A stretch of 64,000 bases of DNA, taken from the NCBI GenBank assembly GCA_028694925.1, contig JAQVJW010000002.1:9797-73796 (forward strand), written 5' to 3'. The position numbers and the translations under genes were made by a program. Within the stretch, counting starts at the first letter, position 1; each line of letters opens with the position of its first letter. The notes under the pieces are model-generated. The model was not told the origin of the DNA and ran no database searches. It worked only from the letters and a program-made list of their open reading frames with translations. The DNA comes from Patescibacteria group bacterium. GTDB lineage: Bacteria > Patescibacteriota > CPR2 > UBA1875. Of the stretch, positions 46,707 to 56,826 are shown piece by piece.

Positions 46707-47880
46707 GCATCAAAGACATCTTTAGTTGAAATGCATCCTCAAATATTTTGGGGTCAAGATCAGTTACCTCTGCAATTTTTTCAATCCGATATACTAGGGT
46801 GTTCCGATGAATTTTTAATTTTGTCGCGGTCCTTGAGAGAGACAAATCATTATCAAGGTACTCTTTTAGGGTCTGAAAGAGTTCAGGATGTTCTTCGAGC
46901 GATTTTATTACCTTTTTTGAGAAAGTAATATTTTCATTACTCGAGCCGCTAAAAAGAGGAGCGACAACTCCAAAATTATCAAAATGAAACATTTTGCCCT
47001 CTCCCCACATCTGTTTTCCGAGCTTGAGGGCTGTTTTAGCCTCTTTAAAACTCTCCCTTAGGCCGTTAGTTCCTGATTTAAAGTTTCCAACTCCAATAGT
47101 CACACTAACCATTAGCTCACTTTTTAAATTAAAGTGAAGGGCTTCGAGAATCTCCACAAACTCCTTCTGATATTCTTTGGGTTTGTCTCCCATATCCTTA
47201 AGAATCAAAAAGTTATTACCACCAAAGTAAAAGACAAGATTGTTTGGGTGGCTTCGGTAAAATGACCCAAGAAGGTCTTCGATACTTCTTTTAGCCCTGG
47301 CTACCCTTGCCTCTCTTTCTCCCTCTTTGACCCCTTCTGAGTTTAAGAGAAGATAGTCAGAATCAGAAATCTCAAGAATAATTGCAACCCGGTTATTATC
47401 TAAATTTATACCAAAAGAACGAAGTATCCTTGCTATTTCAATTTCGTCCTTTTCGTCACCCTGGAAAAATTCATATGCTAGTTGGTCTATTCTTTTCTCG
47501 TCACTGGTTAGAATCTCTGTATAGCGAACTTGCTGAGCGATAAGCTCAGCCATTGATTTTGCAATTGGGCCAATCTTATCGACAATATCTACCTTTTCGT
47601 CGATATATAGATAACCGAGTTTCTTTTTATCGAGGTGAATTGGGAAGGACTTTTTCCCACCAACATCTAGATGAGAGTGTTCAATCGAGAACTTTTTACT
47701 GCTTCCCAGTACTTCGCCGCAGTCATCAAGAACGGCATATTTCTTATCAGAAAACTTCTTTAAGTCATCAACTATTTTTTCAGCTAACAAAACATCCATA
47801 TTGTTCCTTTGCACATTGTGTGCATCCCACCTTTGTAGCTTTGCACAAATTATATCACGAAAGAGGAAATTAGCAATCAA
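46687..47880 (-). CDS. CdaR/PucR-family transcriptional regulator (paralog of 45516..46706)
   Basis: C-terminal HTH (TATKLKIHRNTLVYRIEKIAEVTDLDPKIF). Overlaps its paralog by 20 nt. Confidence 0.65.
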   Translation of the reverse strand: MIANFLFRDIICAKLQRWDAHNVQRNNMDVLLAEKIVDDLKKFSDKKYAVLDDCGEVLGSSKKFSIEHSHLDVGGKKSFPIHLDKKKLGYLYIDEKVDIVDKIGPIAKSMAELIAQQVRYTEILTSDEKRIDQLAYEFFQGDEKDEIEIARILRSFGINLDNNRVAIILEISDSDYLLLNSEGVKEGEREARVARAKRSIEDLLGSFYRSHPNNLVFYFGGNNFLILKDMGDKPKEYQKEFVEILEALHFNLKSELMVSVTIGVGNFKSGTNGLRESFKEAKTALKLGKQMWGEGKMFHFDNFGVVAPLFSGSSNENITFSKKVIKSLEEHPELFQTLKEYLDNDLSLSRTATKLKIHRNTLVYRIEKIAEVTDLDPKIFEDAFQLKMSLMLARYNG

Positions 47881-47908
47881 AAAAACAACCTGATTCTTGG
47901 TTGTGCGA

Positions 47909-47985
47909 TGGTGGGTGGTACTGGATTCGAACCAGTGACCTCTGCAATGTCAATGCAACGCTCTAACCAACTGAGCTAACCACCC
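47909..47985 (-). tRNA. tRNA-Val (anticodon GAC), CCA-encoded
   Basis: Manual fold: acceptor GGGUGGU/ACCACCC, anticodon stem UUGCA/UGCAG with loop UUGACAU, and T-loop GGUUCGAAUCC. Confidence 0.85.
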
Positions 47986-48031
47986 ATATAGTCACATATT
48001 CTACTTTAAATTGTATCTTTTTTCAATCAAA

Positions 48032-48400
48032 CTAGGCGTACTTATTGACCACTTTTATAATCTCATCAATATTGTATTCAATCTTCATCAGAAATTCGGC
48101 TGCCCCGGCCTTCTTAGCTCGCTCAATATCTTCCTTGTTCCCTTTTGAGTTTGTGAGGATAATCACTGGGATATCTTTGGTGGTATCTGAATCCTTTAGC
48201 CTTTTTAAGACTTCCCAGCCCGTCATCTGGGGCATCGCAAGATCGAGCAGGATAACATTTGGGACTTCTGTTTTAGCCATCTTAATCCCATCCTCACCAT
48301 TACCAGCGATTAGGGTATCAAATCCTTCATCGTGAAGGCGGAGGCTAAACATCTGGGTCATAAAGGGTGAATCATCTATCAGCAGTGCTTTTTTCATCAT
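48032..48400 (-). CDS. Stand-alone response-regulator receiver (CheY-like) protein
   Basis: KKALLIDDSPFM...VILLDLAMPQMTGWEVLKRLK...IPVIILTNS. The ORF-track N-terminal extension to 48490 overlaps thrS and is rejected. Confidence 0.75.
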   Translation of the reverse strand: MMKKALLIDDSPFMTQMFSLRLHDEGFDTLIAGNGEDGIKMAKTEVPNVILLDLAMPQMTGWEVLKRLKDSDTTKDIPVIILTNSKGNKEDIERAKKAGAAEFLMKIEYNIDEIIKVVNKYA

Positions 48401-48448
48401 ATTTCTCCTTAACAGATACATTATGATATAATTTAGGGACGTAAGCAA

Positions 48449-50212
48449 ATGGAAAAGATAAAAGTAAACAAGGTTGATGTGATTCGCCATTCACTCTCGC
48501 ACGTCCTTGCGATGGCGGTAATAGATATGTTCCCGGAAGCCAAACTTGGGATAGGTCCTGCGACCGAAGATGGCTTTTACTATGATTTTGATTTGCCCAG
48601 GACCCTAATCCCTGAAGACCTCCCAATACTTGAAGCGAAGATGAGAGAGATCATTAAGAGTGGGGTGGGTTTTAAGAAATACGAAGAAGATGCAAAGAAA
48701 GCCTATAAAAAAGAAGAGAAGAGAGGGGCTAATTACAAGACAGAGCTTATCGGAGATCTAATAAAAGAGGGGACCAAGAAGGTTACTTATTATCAGTCGG
48801 GTGATTTTCTGGATTTATGTGCCGGTCCCCATGTTAAAAATACCAAGGAACTTTCCGGGGTTGGCTTTAAGCTCTCAAAAATTGCCGGTGCTTACTGGCG
48901 GGGGAGCGAGAAGAATAAGATGTTGCAACGGATTTATGGAATTGCTTTTTTGACCCCGAAAGAACTTAGGGGTTATGAAAAGATGCTCGAGGAAGCCGAA
49001 AAGAGGGACCATCGGAAGATTGGGCAGGAGCTTGATTTATTTACCTTTTCTGATTTAGTTGGGCCTGGCCTACCTCTCTTCACACCAAGAGGTACGATTT
49101 TGATAGATGAGCTTCAGAAGAAAATAGAGGGAATTTGTAAAAAGTACGGTTATGAGAAGGTTATAACTCCCCACATTGCAAAAGAAATATTATTTGAAAA
49201 ATCTGGTCATAAACAAAAATTTGGTAAAGAACTATTTCGCGTAATTTCTGAAACCAAAGAAGACTACGCCCTAAAGCCAGTTCAGTGCCCTCATCAAACT
49301 CAAATATACGCATCAAGAGTTAGGTCATACAGAGACCTACCTATACGTTACATGGAATCAAATAAGCAATATAGGAATGAACAATCTGGTGAAATTAGTG
49401 GTCTTTCCAGAGTTATTGCAATAACCGTTGAAGATGGTCATGTTTTTTGTAGAATGGAACAGGTTAAAAAAGAAGTTAAAATGCTTGTAAAAATAGTAAA
49501 AGATTTTTACAAATCCCTTGGGCTCTGGGATGATTTCTGGATATCGTTGTCTACCCATGATCCAGAGCAATTCGAAAATTATATAGGTACAAAAGAAGAC
49601 TGGAAGAAGGCAGAAACAATACTCAAAGAAGTTTCGAATGAGATGAATCTTGGAGCAAAGGTTTGTAAAGGAGAAGCCGCTTTATATGGACCGAAGCTCG
49701 ATTTCATGTTTAAGGACGCTATGGGCCGTGAGATTCAAATTCCAACCATTCAGCTTGATTTTGCAACGCCGCAAAGATTTGAGCTAACCTATATCAATGA
49801 AAAGGGTGAAAAAGAAAACCCCGTGATGGTTCATAGAGCGATTCTCGGTTCCTATGAGAGGTTTTTGGTTATGTTAATCGAGCATTATGCCGGCGAATTC
49901 CCGGTTTGGCTTGCGCCAGTTCAGGCTAGTGTGATTACGGTAGGAGCGAGTGCCAAAAAATTTGCAAAAGAAGTATATAACACCCTTAAAGAAAATAATA
50001 TCAGAGCAGAGCTTAGAGATGAGAATGAAACTGTAGGCAAGAAGATTAGGGAGGCAGAGCTTGGGAAGGTTCCATATATGCTTGTTGTAGGGGATAAGGA
50101 AGTTAAGGCAAAGGCGGTAGCAGTTAGGAAGTTGCATGATAAGAAGATAGAAACCGTAAAGATAAATAAATTTGTCGATTTAATCACAAAGGAGGTTAGT
50201 AATGAAAATTAA
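48449..50212 (+). CDS. thrS: Threonine--tRNA ligase
   Basis: Editing-domain HS..SH, class II core motifs (HRAILGSYERF) and a C-terminal anticodon-binding domain. Confidence 0.9.
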   Translation: MEKIKVNKVDVIRHSLSHVLAMAVIDMFPEAKLGIGPATEDGFYYDFDLPRTLIPEDLPILEAKMREIIKSGVGFKKYEEDAKKAYKKEEKRGANYKTELIGDLIKEGTKKVTYYQSGDFLDLCAGPHVKNTKELSGVGFKLSKIAGAYWRGSEKNKMLQRIYGIAFLTPKELRGYEKMLEEAEKRDHRKIGQELDLFTFSDLVGPGLPLFTPRGTILIDELQKKIEGICKKYGYEKVITPHIAKEILFEKSGHKQKFGKELFRVISETKEDYALKPVQCPHQTQIYASRVRSYRDLPIRYMESNKQYRNEQSGEISGLSRVIAITVEDGHVFCRMEQVKKEVKMLVKIVKDFYKSLGLWDDFWISLSTHDPEQFENYIGTKEDWKKAETILKEVSNEMNLGAKVCKGEAALYGPKLDFMFKDAMGREIQIPTIQLDFATPQRFELTYINEKGEKENPVMVHRAILGSYERFLVMLIEHYAGEFPVWLAPVQASVITVGASAKKFAKEVYNTLKENNIRAELRDENETVGKKIREAELGKVPYMLVVGDKEVKAKAVAVRKLHDKKIETVKINKFVDLITKEVSNEN

Positions 50213-50723
50213 GAAGAATAAATTATTTGAGCTTGTAACTACAGCGATAATCCTCGAGAAGCCATATAAAAAGGGAGTGGATCCAAAATTCTTGATCCTC
50301 CAAAGAGCAGAACATGAAAAATTTGGACCCCTTAAGTGGACGGTACCAGGAGGTAAACTCGCAACCGAAGACTATACTGTTCTTAAAAAACAAACCGAAG
50401 ACTACTGGTATGGGGCAATTGAAGCAGTACTCCGGAGGGAAGTTGCCGAAGAGTGTAATCTTAAGATAAAGAATATTTGGTACTTGACTTCCCTTGCTCG
50501 GGTAACTGGTGATGGGTTTGGTAATCTCGTTTTATCGTTTGTGGCCGATAACGCAGGAGGAGAACTCAAGATAGACGAGAAGGATTTTAACGATTATGCC
50601 TGGGTAACGACTGAAGAGGCAAAGAAGTATGATCTTTTTGATGGGATTGTTGAAGAGTTCGTAATGATTGAGAAGGTGCTTGCTGGCGAGCGTGATGTTG
50701 AATGGCAAAGGCTAACAGAATAA
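50202..50723 (+). CDS. NUDIX hydrolase
   Basis: Nudix box GAIEAVLRREVAEECNL. Confidence 0.7.
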   Translation: MKIKKNKLFELVTTAIILEKPYKKGVDPKFLILQRAEHEKFGPLKWTVPGGKLATEDYTVLKKQTEDYWYGAIEAVLRREVAEECNLKIKNIWYLTSLARVTGDGFGNLVLSFVADNAGGELKIDEKDFNDYAWVTTEEAKKYDLFDGIVEEFVMIEKVLAGERDVEWQRLTE

Positions 50724-50729
50724 ATATTT

Positions 50730-51623
50730 ATGAGTAAGGTTCTAGTCATAGATATTGGGGCAACAAACATGCGCTTTGGTGTTTTTGCGGATGATAAAGT
50801 ACACGTACTTAGAAGAATTAGAACACCAAAATCAGAGGCTAGGTTGCATGATTATTTAATAAACCAATCTAAAAAGATTGTCCAAAAGATAGCAGTAAAT
50901 GGGATTGCTCTTTCTGTAGCCGGTCCTGTTTTGCATCAAAATAAGATATATCTATCGCATATTACCCAAAGCCATATTGATATTAAGACGCCAATTTTTA
51001 AAGAGTTTAAGTTACCAGTAACTTTAATAAATGATACAGATGCAGCCGTTATGGCAGAACAAAAGTACGGCTTTGGCAAAGGATGTAAATCACTTATTTA
51101 TGTTACTTTTTCCACTGGTGTTGGTGGAGGCGTAATCGAGAACGACAAGCTACGTGAAGTTACGAGGGTAAAAGACGAAATTAGTCATCAGAAAATAGAC
51201 AGTAAGTATGGGGCACCGTGTTATTGTGGTGGAGTTGGCCATTGGAGCTCTTTCATCTCAGGTGCAAAGATTGTAAATACTATGAGGATATGGTCAGAGG
51301 TTACGGGCAGAAGATTTAGCCCAATCATATATACTGACGTAAAAAGGATATTTTGGTTGGCGGGTCTTGGAGATAATTTGGCCAAGGATTTTTTAGATGA
51401 AGTTGGTAGAATGAATGCGAAAGCAATCGATATATTTATCGAAAAGTTTCATCCAGAAGTCTTTGTAATTGGCGGCTCGATTGCCCTCAATAACTCCGAA
51501 GTTATTCTATCTGGGATAAAGAAGTATCAGAAATCAAAAGTACCCGTTAGAATAACGAAACTAGGGGATGAAATCTCTTTACTTGGGGCCGCAGTCTATT
51601 TTGAGACTCGAAATAAAGGATAA
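50730..51623 (+). CDS. ROK-family sugar kinase/regulator-like protein
   Basis: N-terminal DIGATNMRFGV ATPase motif, plus the CYCGGVGHW ROK cysteine motif. Confidence 0.7.
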   Translation: MSKVLVIDIGATNMRFGVFADDKVHVLRRIRTPKSEARLHDYLINQSKKIVQKIAVNGIALSVAGPVLHQNKIYLSHITQSHIDIKTPIFKEFKLPVTLINDTDAAVMAEQKYGFGKGCKSLIYVTFSTGVGGGVIENDKLREVTRVKDEISHQKIDSKYGAPCYCGGVGHWSSFISGAKIVNTMRIWSEVTGRRFSPIIYTDVKRIFWLAGLGDNLAKDFLDEVGRMNAKAIDIFIEKFHPEVFVIGGSIALNNSEVILSGIKKYQKSKVPVRITKLGDEISLLGAAVYFETRNKG

Positions 51624-51644
51624 GGTGTGTTAAGATAAGTCGCT

Positions 51645-52886
51645 ATGAAGTATTACCTCTTTGTTATTGGGTGTGACATGAATAAGTCCGATGCCGAACG
51701 GATTGCGACCGTCTTTGATATCCTAGGTTACAAGAGGGCCGAGAGCGAAGAAGAGGCAGATGTTCTTTTGGCCGTTGCTTGCTCGGTTCGTCTTTCGGCT
51801 ACAAACAGAGTTTTTGGTAGGGGGCGAGAGTGGCAAAAGTATCGGAAGAGGGGTGCTCTAACGATGGTCTCGGGCTGTGTGCTTACAAGAGATAAGAAGA
51901 AACTCGAGAAATATTATGATCATATCTTTCCGATTGAAGAAATGAACAAGCTGCCAGAACTTTTAAAGTTAAAGAAGGCCAAAAAAGATGATTTATCTGA
52001 ATATTTACGTATTCACCCTATATATGAATCAGACTTTCGGGCTTATATCCCTATAATGACTGGTTGTGATAACTTTTGTTCCTATTGCGCCGTCCCATAT
52101 ACCAGGGGCCGTGAGAAATCACGAACAGAAGAAGAGATAATAGCCGAGGTTAAGGGGCTAATAGAGAAAAACTATAAAGAGATCATCCTACTTGGCCAAA
52201 ATGTTAATAGTTACAAGCCAAACTTTACAAAGCTTATAGTCAAAATCGATAAACTAAAGGGTGAGCATCGTATCTATTTCTATTCTAATCACCCCAAAGA
52301 TGTATCCGGGGAGCTAATTAAGGCTCTCCCGGGACTTAAACATTTCCCGAACTATCTTCACTTGCCCCTACAGTCCGGAAATGACGAGATCTTAAAGAAA
52401 ATGAATCGGCACTATACCAAAGATTCTTATCTTAAACTAATAGAGAAAATAAAGAAGGATATACCCGATATTGTAATAACAACAGACATCATTGTGGGGT
52501 TCCCGGGAGAAAAAGTTGATCAGTTTGAGGATACTAAAATGGTAATGGAGAATGTTGGCTTTGATATGGCCTATATCTCAGAATACTCAGAACGCCCAGG
52601 GACATTAAGCGCTAAGATGGAGGATGATGTCCCAGATCAAGAGAAAGCAAAAAGAGAGAAAGAACTCCAGAAAGTACTTGGGAGAACCTCGGGGGAGAAT
52701 AACAAAAAATTAGTTGGAACAACCCAAAGAGTTCTTATTGACGCCAAGAAGAAAGATAAATACTACGGAAGAACCGATTCATACAAGGTGGTGGAGATAA
52801 AAACGGACCAATCTCTTGAGATTGGCCAGTTTTATATGATTGAGATTAGGGAAGCAGGGGATTGGAAGTTAAGGGGTAGAATCTGA
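51645..52886 (+). CDS. miaB: Radical-SAM methylthiotransferase (MiaB/RimO family)
   Basis: MTTase N-domain, the CDNFCSYC radical-SAM cluster motif and a C-terminal TRAM-like region. Confidence 0.85.
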   Translation: MKYYLFVIGCDMNKSDAERIATVFDILGYKRAESEEEADVLLAVACSVRLSATNRVFGRGREWQKYRKRGALTMVSGCVLTRDKKKLEKYYDHIFPIEEMNKLPELLKLKKAKKDDLSEYLRIHPIYESDFRAYIPIMTGCDNFCSYCAVPYTRGREKSRTEEEIIAEVKGLIEKNYKEIILLGQNVNSYKPNFTKLIVKIDKLKGEHRIYFYSNHPKDVSGELIKALPGLKHFPNYLHLPLQSGNDEILKKMNRHYTKDSYLKLIEKIKKDIPDIVITTDIIVGFPGEKVDQFEDTKMVMENVGFDMAYISEYSERPGTLSAKMEDDVPDQEKAKREKELQKVLGRTSGENNKKLVGTTQRVLIDAKKKDKYYGRTDSYKVVEIKTDQSLEIGQFYMIEIREAGDWKLRGRI

Positions 52887-52888
52887 AT

Positions 52889-53365
52889 CTACTCTTGACT
52901 TTCCGGAGATACAACACTAGAGCTACTTGCTGGAACGAAGTTAGGCACAATTTCTTTCTCGTTAAAGCTGTTAATAATCATTAAAACGTAAGACCTTACT
53001 CTTTCTTCTTCTTCAATATTTCCTAAGTGTTGTTCCTCTAAACTAGATCTATAAGTCTCTACTGCTTGAGCTAATTGTTCGGCAACTGCTTCTGCCGATT
53101 GTAGTTCATTCTTTGGTAGTCTTTTTTCTGCTCTTTGAACTGCATTGGATTCCATAGCGTCTCTAACTAAATTTCCGGATTCATTCCCTATCAATGCACC
53201 TGCAAACATAGCGATCACTCCTAGGCCGAAGTCTCTTCTTGACATTTCATCCCGACTCATTCCTTCTGTTGAGTTCTTCCTAATAGCCGTTTTGTCGGGA
53301 CTAAAATTATTAATCGCACCACGCATATCAGCTGAACCGTCTGGCCTGTAAATATCTCTATCCAT
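52889..53365 (-). CDS. Hypothetical protein
   Basis: 158-aa ORF with no motif. Confidence 0.3.
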   Translation of the reverse strand: MDRDIYRPDGSADMRGAINNFSPDKTAIRKNSTEGMSRDEMSRRDFGLGVIAMFAGALIGNESGNLVRDAMESNAVQRAEKRLPKNELQSAEAVAEQLAQAVETYRSSLEEQHLGNIEEEERVRSYVLMIINSFNEKEIVPNFVPASSSSVVSPESQE

Positions 53366-53408
53366 AATACTCTCCTCAATTTAACTAACTTTAGTATAAT
53401 AGAAACCT

Positions 53409-54326
53409 ATGGAAAAGCCAATCATTGTTATAACGGGCCCGACGGCCAGTGGGAAAACAGCTATTTCTCTTTCGGTGATGCAGAAATTTCCCGCAGAGGC
53501 GATTTGTGCTGATTCGATGACTATCTACAGAGGGATGGATATCGGAACCGATAAACCAACCCTTGACGAGAGTTGTGAGAAGGTTGGAGATCATTACGAG
53601 ATAAAGGGAGTGAGGCATCACTTGCTTGATCGGTTTGACCCAGATCAGGAATGTAATGTCTCTGTATTTCGAGACCTGGTTCAGTATGAGGTTGATGAAA
53701 TTCATAAGCGCGGCAACATTCCTTTCCTTGTAGGCGGTTCCCTCTTCTACATTGACGCTTTTGCCTATGATTATTCGATACCGAAGGTTGAGCCTGACTT
53801 AAAGCTCAGAAAGGAACTTGAGGCGAGGGAGACTGAGGACTTATGGACAGAGCTTGTTGCGCTTGACCCAGATGCCGAGTGGACGGTCGATCGGAAGAAT
53901 AAGCGGAGGCTCGTAAGGGCACTTGAAGTTTGCCTGAAATCTGGGAAGCCCTTTAGTGAGCAGAAATCAAAAAAGAAACTTAAAGATAATATCCTTTATC
54001 TCGCAGTGGCATGCGACCGAGAGGAGCTATACCACAAGATCAACAAACGGGTTGATGTGATGTTTCGGGAAGGATTTGTCGATGAGGTGCGGGAGCTATA
54101 CGAGAAATATGACGGGAATACGGCGATGCAAGCGGCAGGTTACCGGGAGATTATAGAGTACTTAGAGGGGAGAAATAGCCTTAAAAAGGCAATCGAAAAC
54201 ACAAAAAGAGTTCATCGTAATTTTGCTAAAAGACAGCTTACTTGGCTTCGGAGGAATTCAGATGTCATTTGGATAAAGAATGCAGCCGAGGCTGAGAAAA
54301 AGATAAAAACATTCCTTACGTCCTAA
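53409..54326 (+). CDS. miaA: tRNA dimethylallyltransferase
   Basis: P-loop GPTASGKT, plus MTIYRGMDIGTDKP. Confidence 0.85.
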   Translation: MEKPIIVITGPTASGKTAISLSVMQKFPAEAICADSMTIYRGMDIGTDKPTLDESCEKVGDHYEIKGVRHHLLDRFDPDQECNVSVFRDLVQYEVDEIHKRGNIPFLVGGSLFYIDAFAYDYSIPKVEPDLKLRKELEARETEDLWTELVALDPDAEWTVDRKNKRRLVRALEVCLKSGKPFSEQKSKKKLKDNILYLAVACDREELYHKINKRVDVMFREGFVDEVRELYEKYDGNTAMQAAGYREIIEYLEGRNSLKKAIENTKRVHRNFAKRQLTWLRRNSDVIWIKNAAEAEKKIKTFLTS

Positions 54327-54367
54327 ATGATGTAACGAAGCTCCTCCTCTGCTATACTAGAAGTTGC

Positions 54368-55759
54368 ATGAAATTTTTAGCTATTTTAGTGGGGAAATTG
54401 GCTGCACTTGCGACTAGGCTAACAAAAACCGGTAGCGGAACAACGCTACCTGGGTTAATGGCGGAAAAAATAGAGCCGCAGATTATTAGGAAGATTGCGG
54501 AAAGGCTTAAGTATGGGGTAATCGTTGTTACTGGTACGAATGGCAAGACAACAACCTCAAAGATGCTTGTTGAGATACTCTCCGAAGAAGGCTATACCGT
54601 CCTTCATAACCCATCAGGGTCAAACTTAACTAGGGGGATAGCCTCAGCTCTTATTCATTCAGTGAATATCTTTGGGACCGGCCTTGAGGCCGATATTGCA
54701 GTTTTTGAGGTTGATGAGGCAACAATGCCGGAGGCAACGACCAAGCTAAGACCAAGAGCAGTCCTTTTAACAAATCTTTTCCGGGACCAGTTAGACCGTT
54801 ATGGCGAGCTTGATAAAACAGCCGCTATAATTGGTAATTCACTTCGGGGATTTTCTGAGATGACCACTATCCTAAACGCTGATGACCCACTCGTCTCGAG
54901 TTTAGCTAAATATTCTGAGGGAGAGGTAGTATATTTTGGAGTCGAAGACCAAGGAATAACGACTGATAGTGGCCTTGCGATGGATTCGAAGGATTGTATT
55001 GCTTGTGGTCACGAACTGGTTTATGAGGAGAGGTATTTAGGTCATCTTGGCAAGTGGCACTGCGAGAACTGTAAAGAGAAAAGGCAAAAGCCTTTAGTGT
55101 CGGCAAGCTCGATTAAGGTGTCACCTTTTGTTTCAAAGTTTGAACTCGCTCTTCCGAAAGAAAACCTAAAGGTAGAGATGCCTATCCCTGGGCTATATAA
55201 TGTATATAATGCGCTGGCAGCCGCAACGGCAGCAACAGTCACAGGGGTTGGTGCTCCGGCTATCTCTCACACTTTAAGGAATTGTGAAGCGGCCTTTGGG
55301 CGGATGGAGCTTATCGAGGTCGAAGGGAAGAAGATTATGGTCCTTCTCATCAAAAATCCGACTGGGGCCAACCAAGCTCTTTCGGCTATCTATTCAGACG
55401 GAAAGCCAAAGAAAGTGGGGCTATTTCTAAATGACAACTTTGCTGATGGGACTGATGTCTCCTGGATTTGGGATATAGATTTTGAATATTTTAAGATAGC
55501 AGGTAGTGAATTTGTAGCCTCGGGAATCCGCGGCGAAGACATGGCCTTAAGGCTTAAGTATGCCGGGGTAGATAAAAAGAACTACAAACTCGAGAAAGAC
55601 ATTAATCTAGCCACAAAAGAGCTAGCCAAGAAGCTCAAGAAAGATGAGATTGGGTATCTTCTTCCGACCTATACAGCAATGATTGAAATTAGAAATAATT
55701 TTACCGTCAAAAGTGATGAGTTATGTAATATGGGTAAAGTAACAAAGAGGGGCTTATGA
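54368..55759 (+). CDS. murT: Lipid II isoglutaminyl synthase ligase subunit MurT (Mur-ligase domain plus DUF1727)
   Basis: VVTGTNGKTTTSKML, and the Cys4 ribbon CIACGH...CENC. Confidence 0.8.
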   Translation: MKFLAILVGKLAALATRLTKTGSGTTLPGLMAEKIEPQIIRKIAERLKYGVIVVTGTNGKTTTSKMLVEILSEEGYTVLHNPSGSNLTRGIASALIHSVNIFGTGLEADIAVFEVDEATMPEATTKLRPRAVLLTNLFRDQLDRYGELDKTAAIIGNSLRGFSEMTTILNADDPLVSSLAKYSEGEVVYFGVEDQGITTDSGLAMDSKDCIACGHELVYEERYLGHLGKWHCENCKEKRQKPLVSASSIKVSPFVSKFELALPKENLKVEMPIPGLYNVYNALAAATAATVTGVGAPAISHTLRNCEAAFGRMELIEVEGKKIMVLLIKNPTGANQALSAIYSDGKPKKVGLFLNDNFADGTDVSWIWDIDFEYFKIAGSEFVASGIRGEDMALRLKYAGVDKKNYKLEKDINLATKELAKKLKKDEIGYLLPTYTAMIEIRNNFTVKSDELCNMGKVTKRGL

Positions 55760-56553
55760 GCTACAAAGTAAAGCTATACCATCTTTATCCTGATGCGATG
55801 AACCTTTATGGAGATATGGGGAATGTCATCGCCCTTGCTAAAAGGTGCCAGTGGCGGGATATCGAGTTTGAAGTTGTTGATGTTAAGATCGGTGATTCGG
55901 TTGATTTTTCTGATGCCGATATCATCTACATGGGTGGGGGGCAAGACAGAGGGCAAAAGATAATCCAAAATGACCTCGCTAAAAGAAAGACCGAGATCCA
56001 GGGTTGGATTGAGTCAGGCGTAGTTTCCTTAACGATCTGCGGTGGCTTTCAACTTTTTGGGAAATATTTTAAAACCGCAGAAGGCGAGGAGATAAGAGGG
56101 ATTGAAGTTTTTGACACCGTAACTACAGCTGGCGATAAGAGACTTATCGGAAATGTGGTGGTCGATGTTAGTGCCGCAACAGCCAAATGGGCGCAAAAAT
56201 TTAGATTTAAAAATCTTGAAAATCCAACCGCGACTTTAGTTGGCTTTGAGAATCATTCAGGACTTACAAAACTTGGTCCAAATACTGAACCCTTAGGAAC
56301 GGTTGTTAGTGGTTATGGGAATCTTGGCGACGGGGGCTATGAGGGCGGCTGGTACAAGAATGCCATTGGGACTTACCTGCACGGTTCTCTACTCCCCAAA
56401 AATCCTTGGCTTGCAGATCACATGATTGCGGTCGCTCTCATGAATCGCTATGGAAGCCCAATTCCACTCGATAACTTGGATGATAAATTAGAAGAGGCGG
56501 CCCACAAGGCGGCGATTGAGCGAGCCAAAACCGCAAAGACCTTAAGTATTTAA
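55756..56553 (+). CDS. gatD: Lipid II isoglutaminyl synthase glutaminase subunit GatD (CobB/CobQ-like GATase)
   Basis: TICGGFQLFG catalytic Cys motif. Overlaps the murT stop (ATGA). Confidence 0.8.
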   Translation: MSYKVKLYHLYPDAMNLYGDMGNVIALAKRCQWRDIEFEVVDVKIGDSVDFSDADIIYMGGGQDRGQKIIQNDLAKRKTEIQGWIESGVVSLTICGGFQLFGKYFKTAEGEEIRGIEVFDTVTTAGDKRLIGNVVVDVSAATAKWAQKFRFKNLENPTATLVGFENHSGLTKLGPNTEPLGTVVSGYGNLGDGGYEGGWYKNAIGTYLHGSLLPKNPWLADHMIAVALMNRYGSPIPLDNLDDKLEEAAHKAAIERAKTAKTLSI

Positions 56554-56575
56554 AAAGAGCCCTCCAGGGGCTCTT

Positions 56576-56758
56576 TTACTTTGCTTTCTTATTCATCGTC
56601 CTTAGGCAATCGGCACAGATTCTGATTCTTTTTTGACCTTTTTCTGGCCTAAAGTATTGTAGGTTTGGTAAAAATCGTCTCTTTGTTTTTCGGTGGGAGT
56701 GAGAGACGTTATGGCCGGTTAATGGCTTTTTACCGCATTTTTCGCAAACTTGTGACAT
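56576..56758 (-). CDS. rpmB: 50S ribosomal protein L28
   Basis: [34 protein letters not shown]. The start is the internal Met of ORF-track entry 56576..56818. Confidence 0.75.
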   Translation of the reverse strand: MSQVCEKCGKKPLTGHNVSHSHRKTKRRFLPNLQYFRPEKGQKRIRICADCLRTMNKKAK

Positions 56759-56826
56759 ATAGTTACCTTGATTACTGACTCGTAAGATGGTAGCATAATA
56801 CGGACTAAAGGTCAACAAAAAGAGAG

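Noticed and set aside
48401-48490. N-terminal extension of the response-regulator ORF (MANHINLVYFYLF...)
   Set aside because: It would overlap thrS and its promoter region, and the receiver domain begins at MMKKALLIDD, so the start is reassigned to 48400.
51702-51709. Extra single half-sites ATTGCGAC (also near 61694) that might extend the operator regulon
   Set aside because: They are isolated 8-mers inside coding sequences with no inverted partner. About one or two such matches are expected by chance in 64 kb.
55757-55759. Possibility of an alternative genetic code (UGA recoding, as in some CPR lineages)
   Set aside because: TGA serves as a genuine stop at murT/gatD (an ATGA overlap), after the FtsX genes and at rplT, and no conserved protein needs read-through. 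This fits standard code 11.
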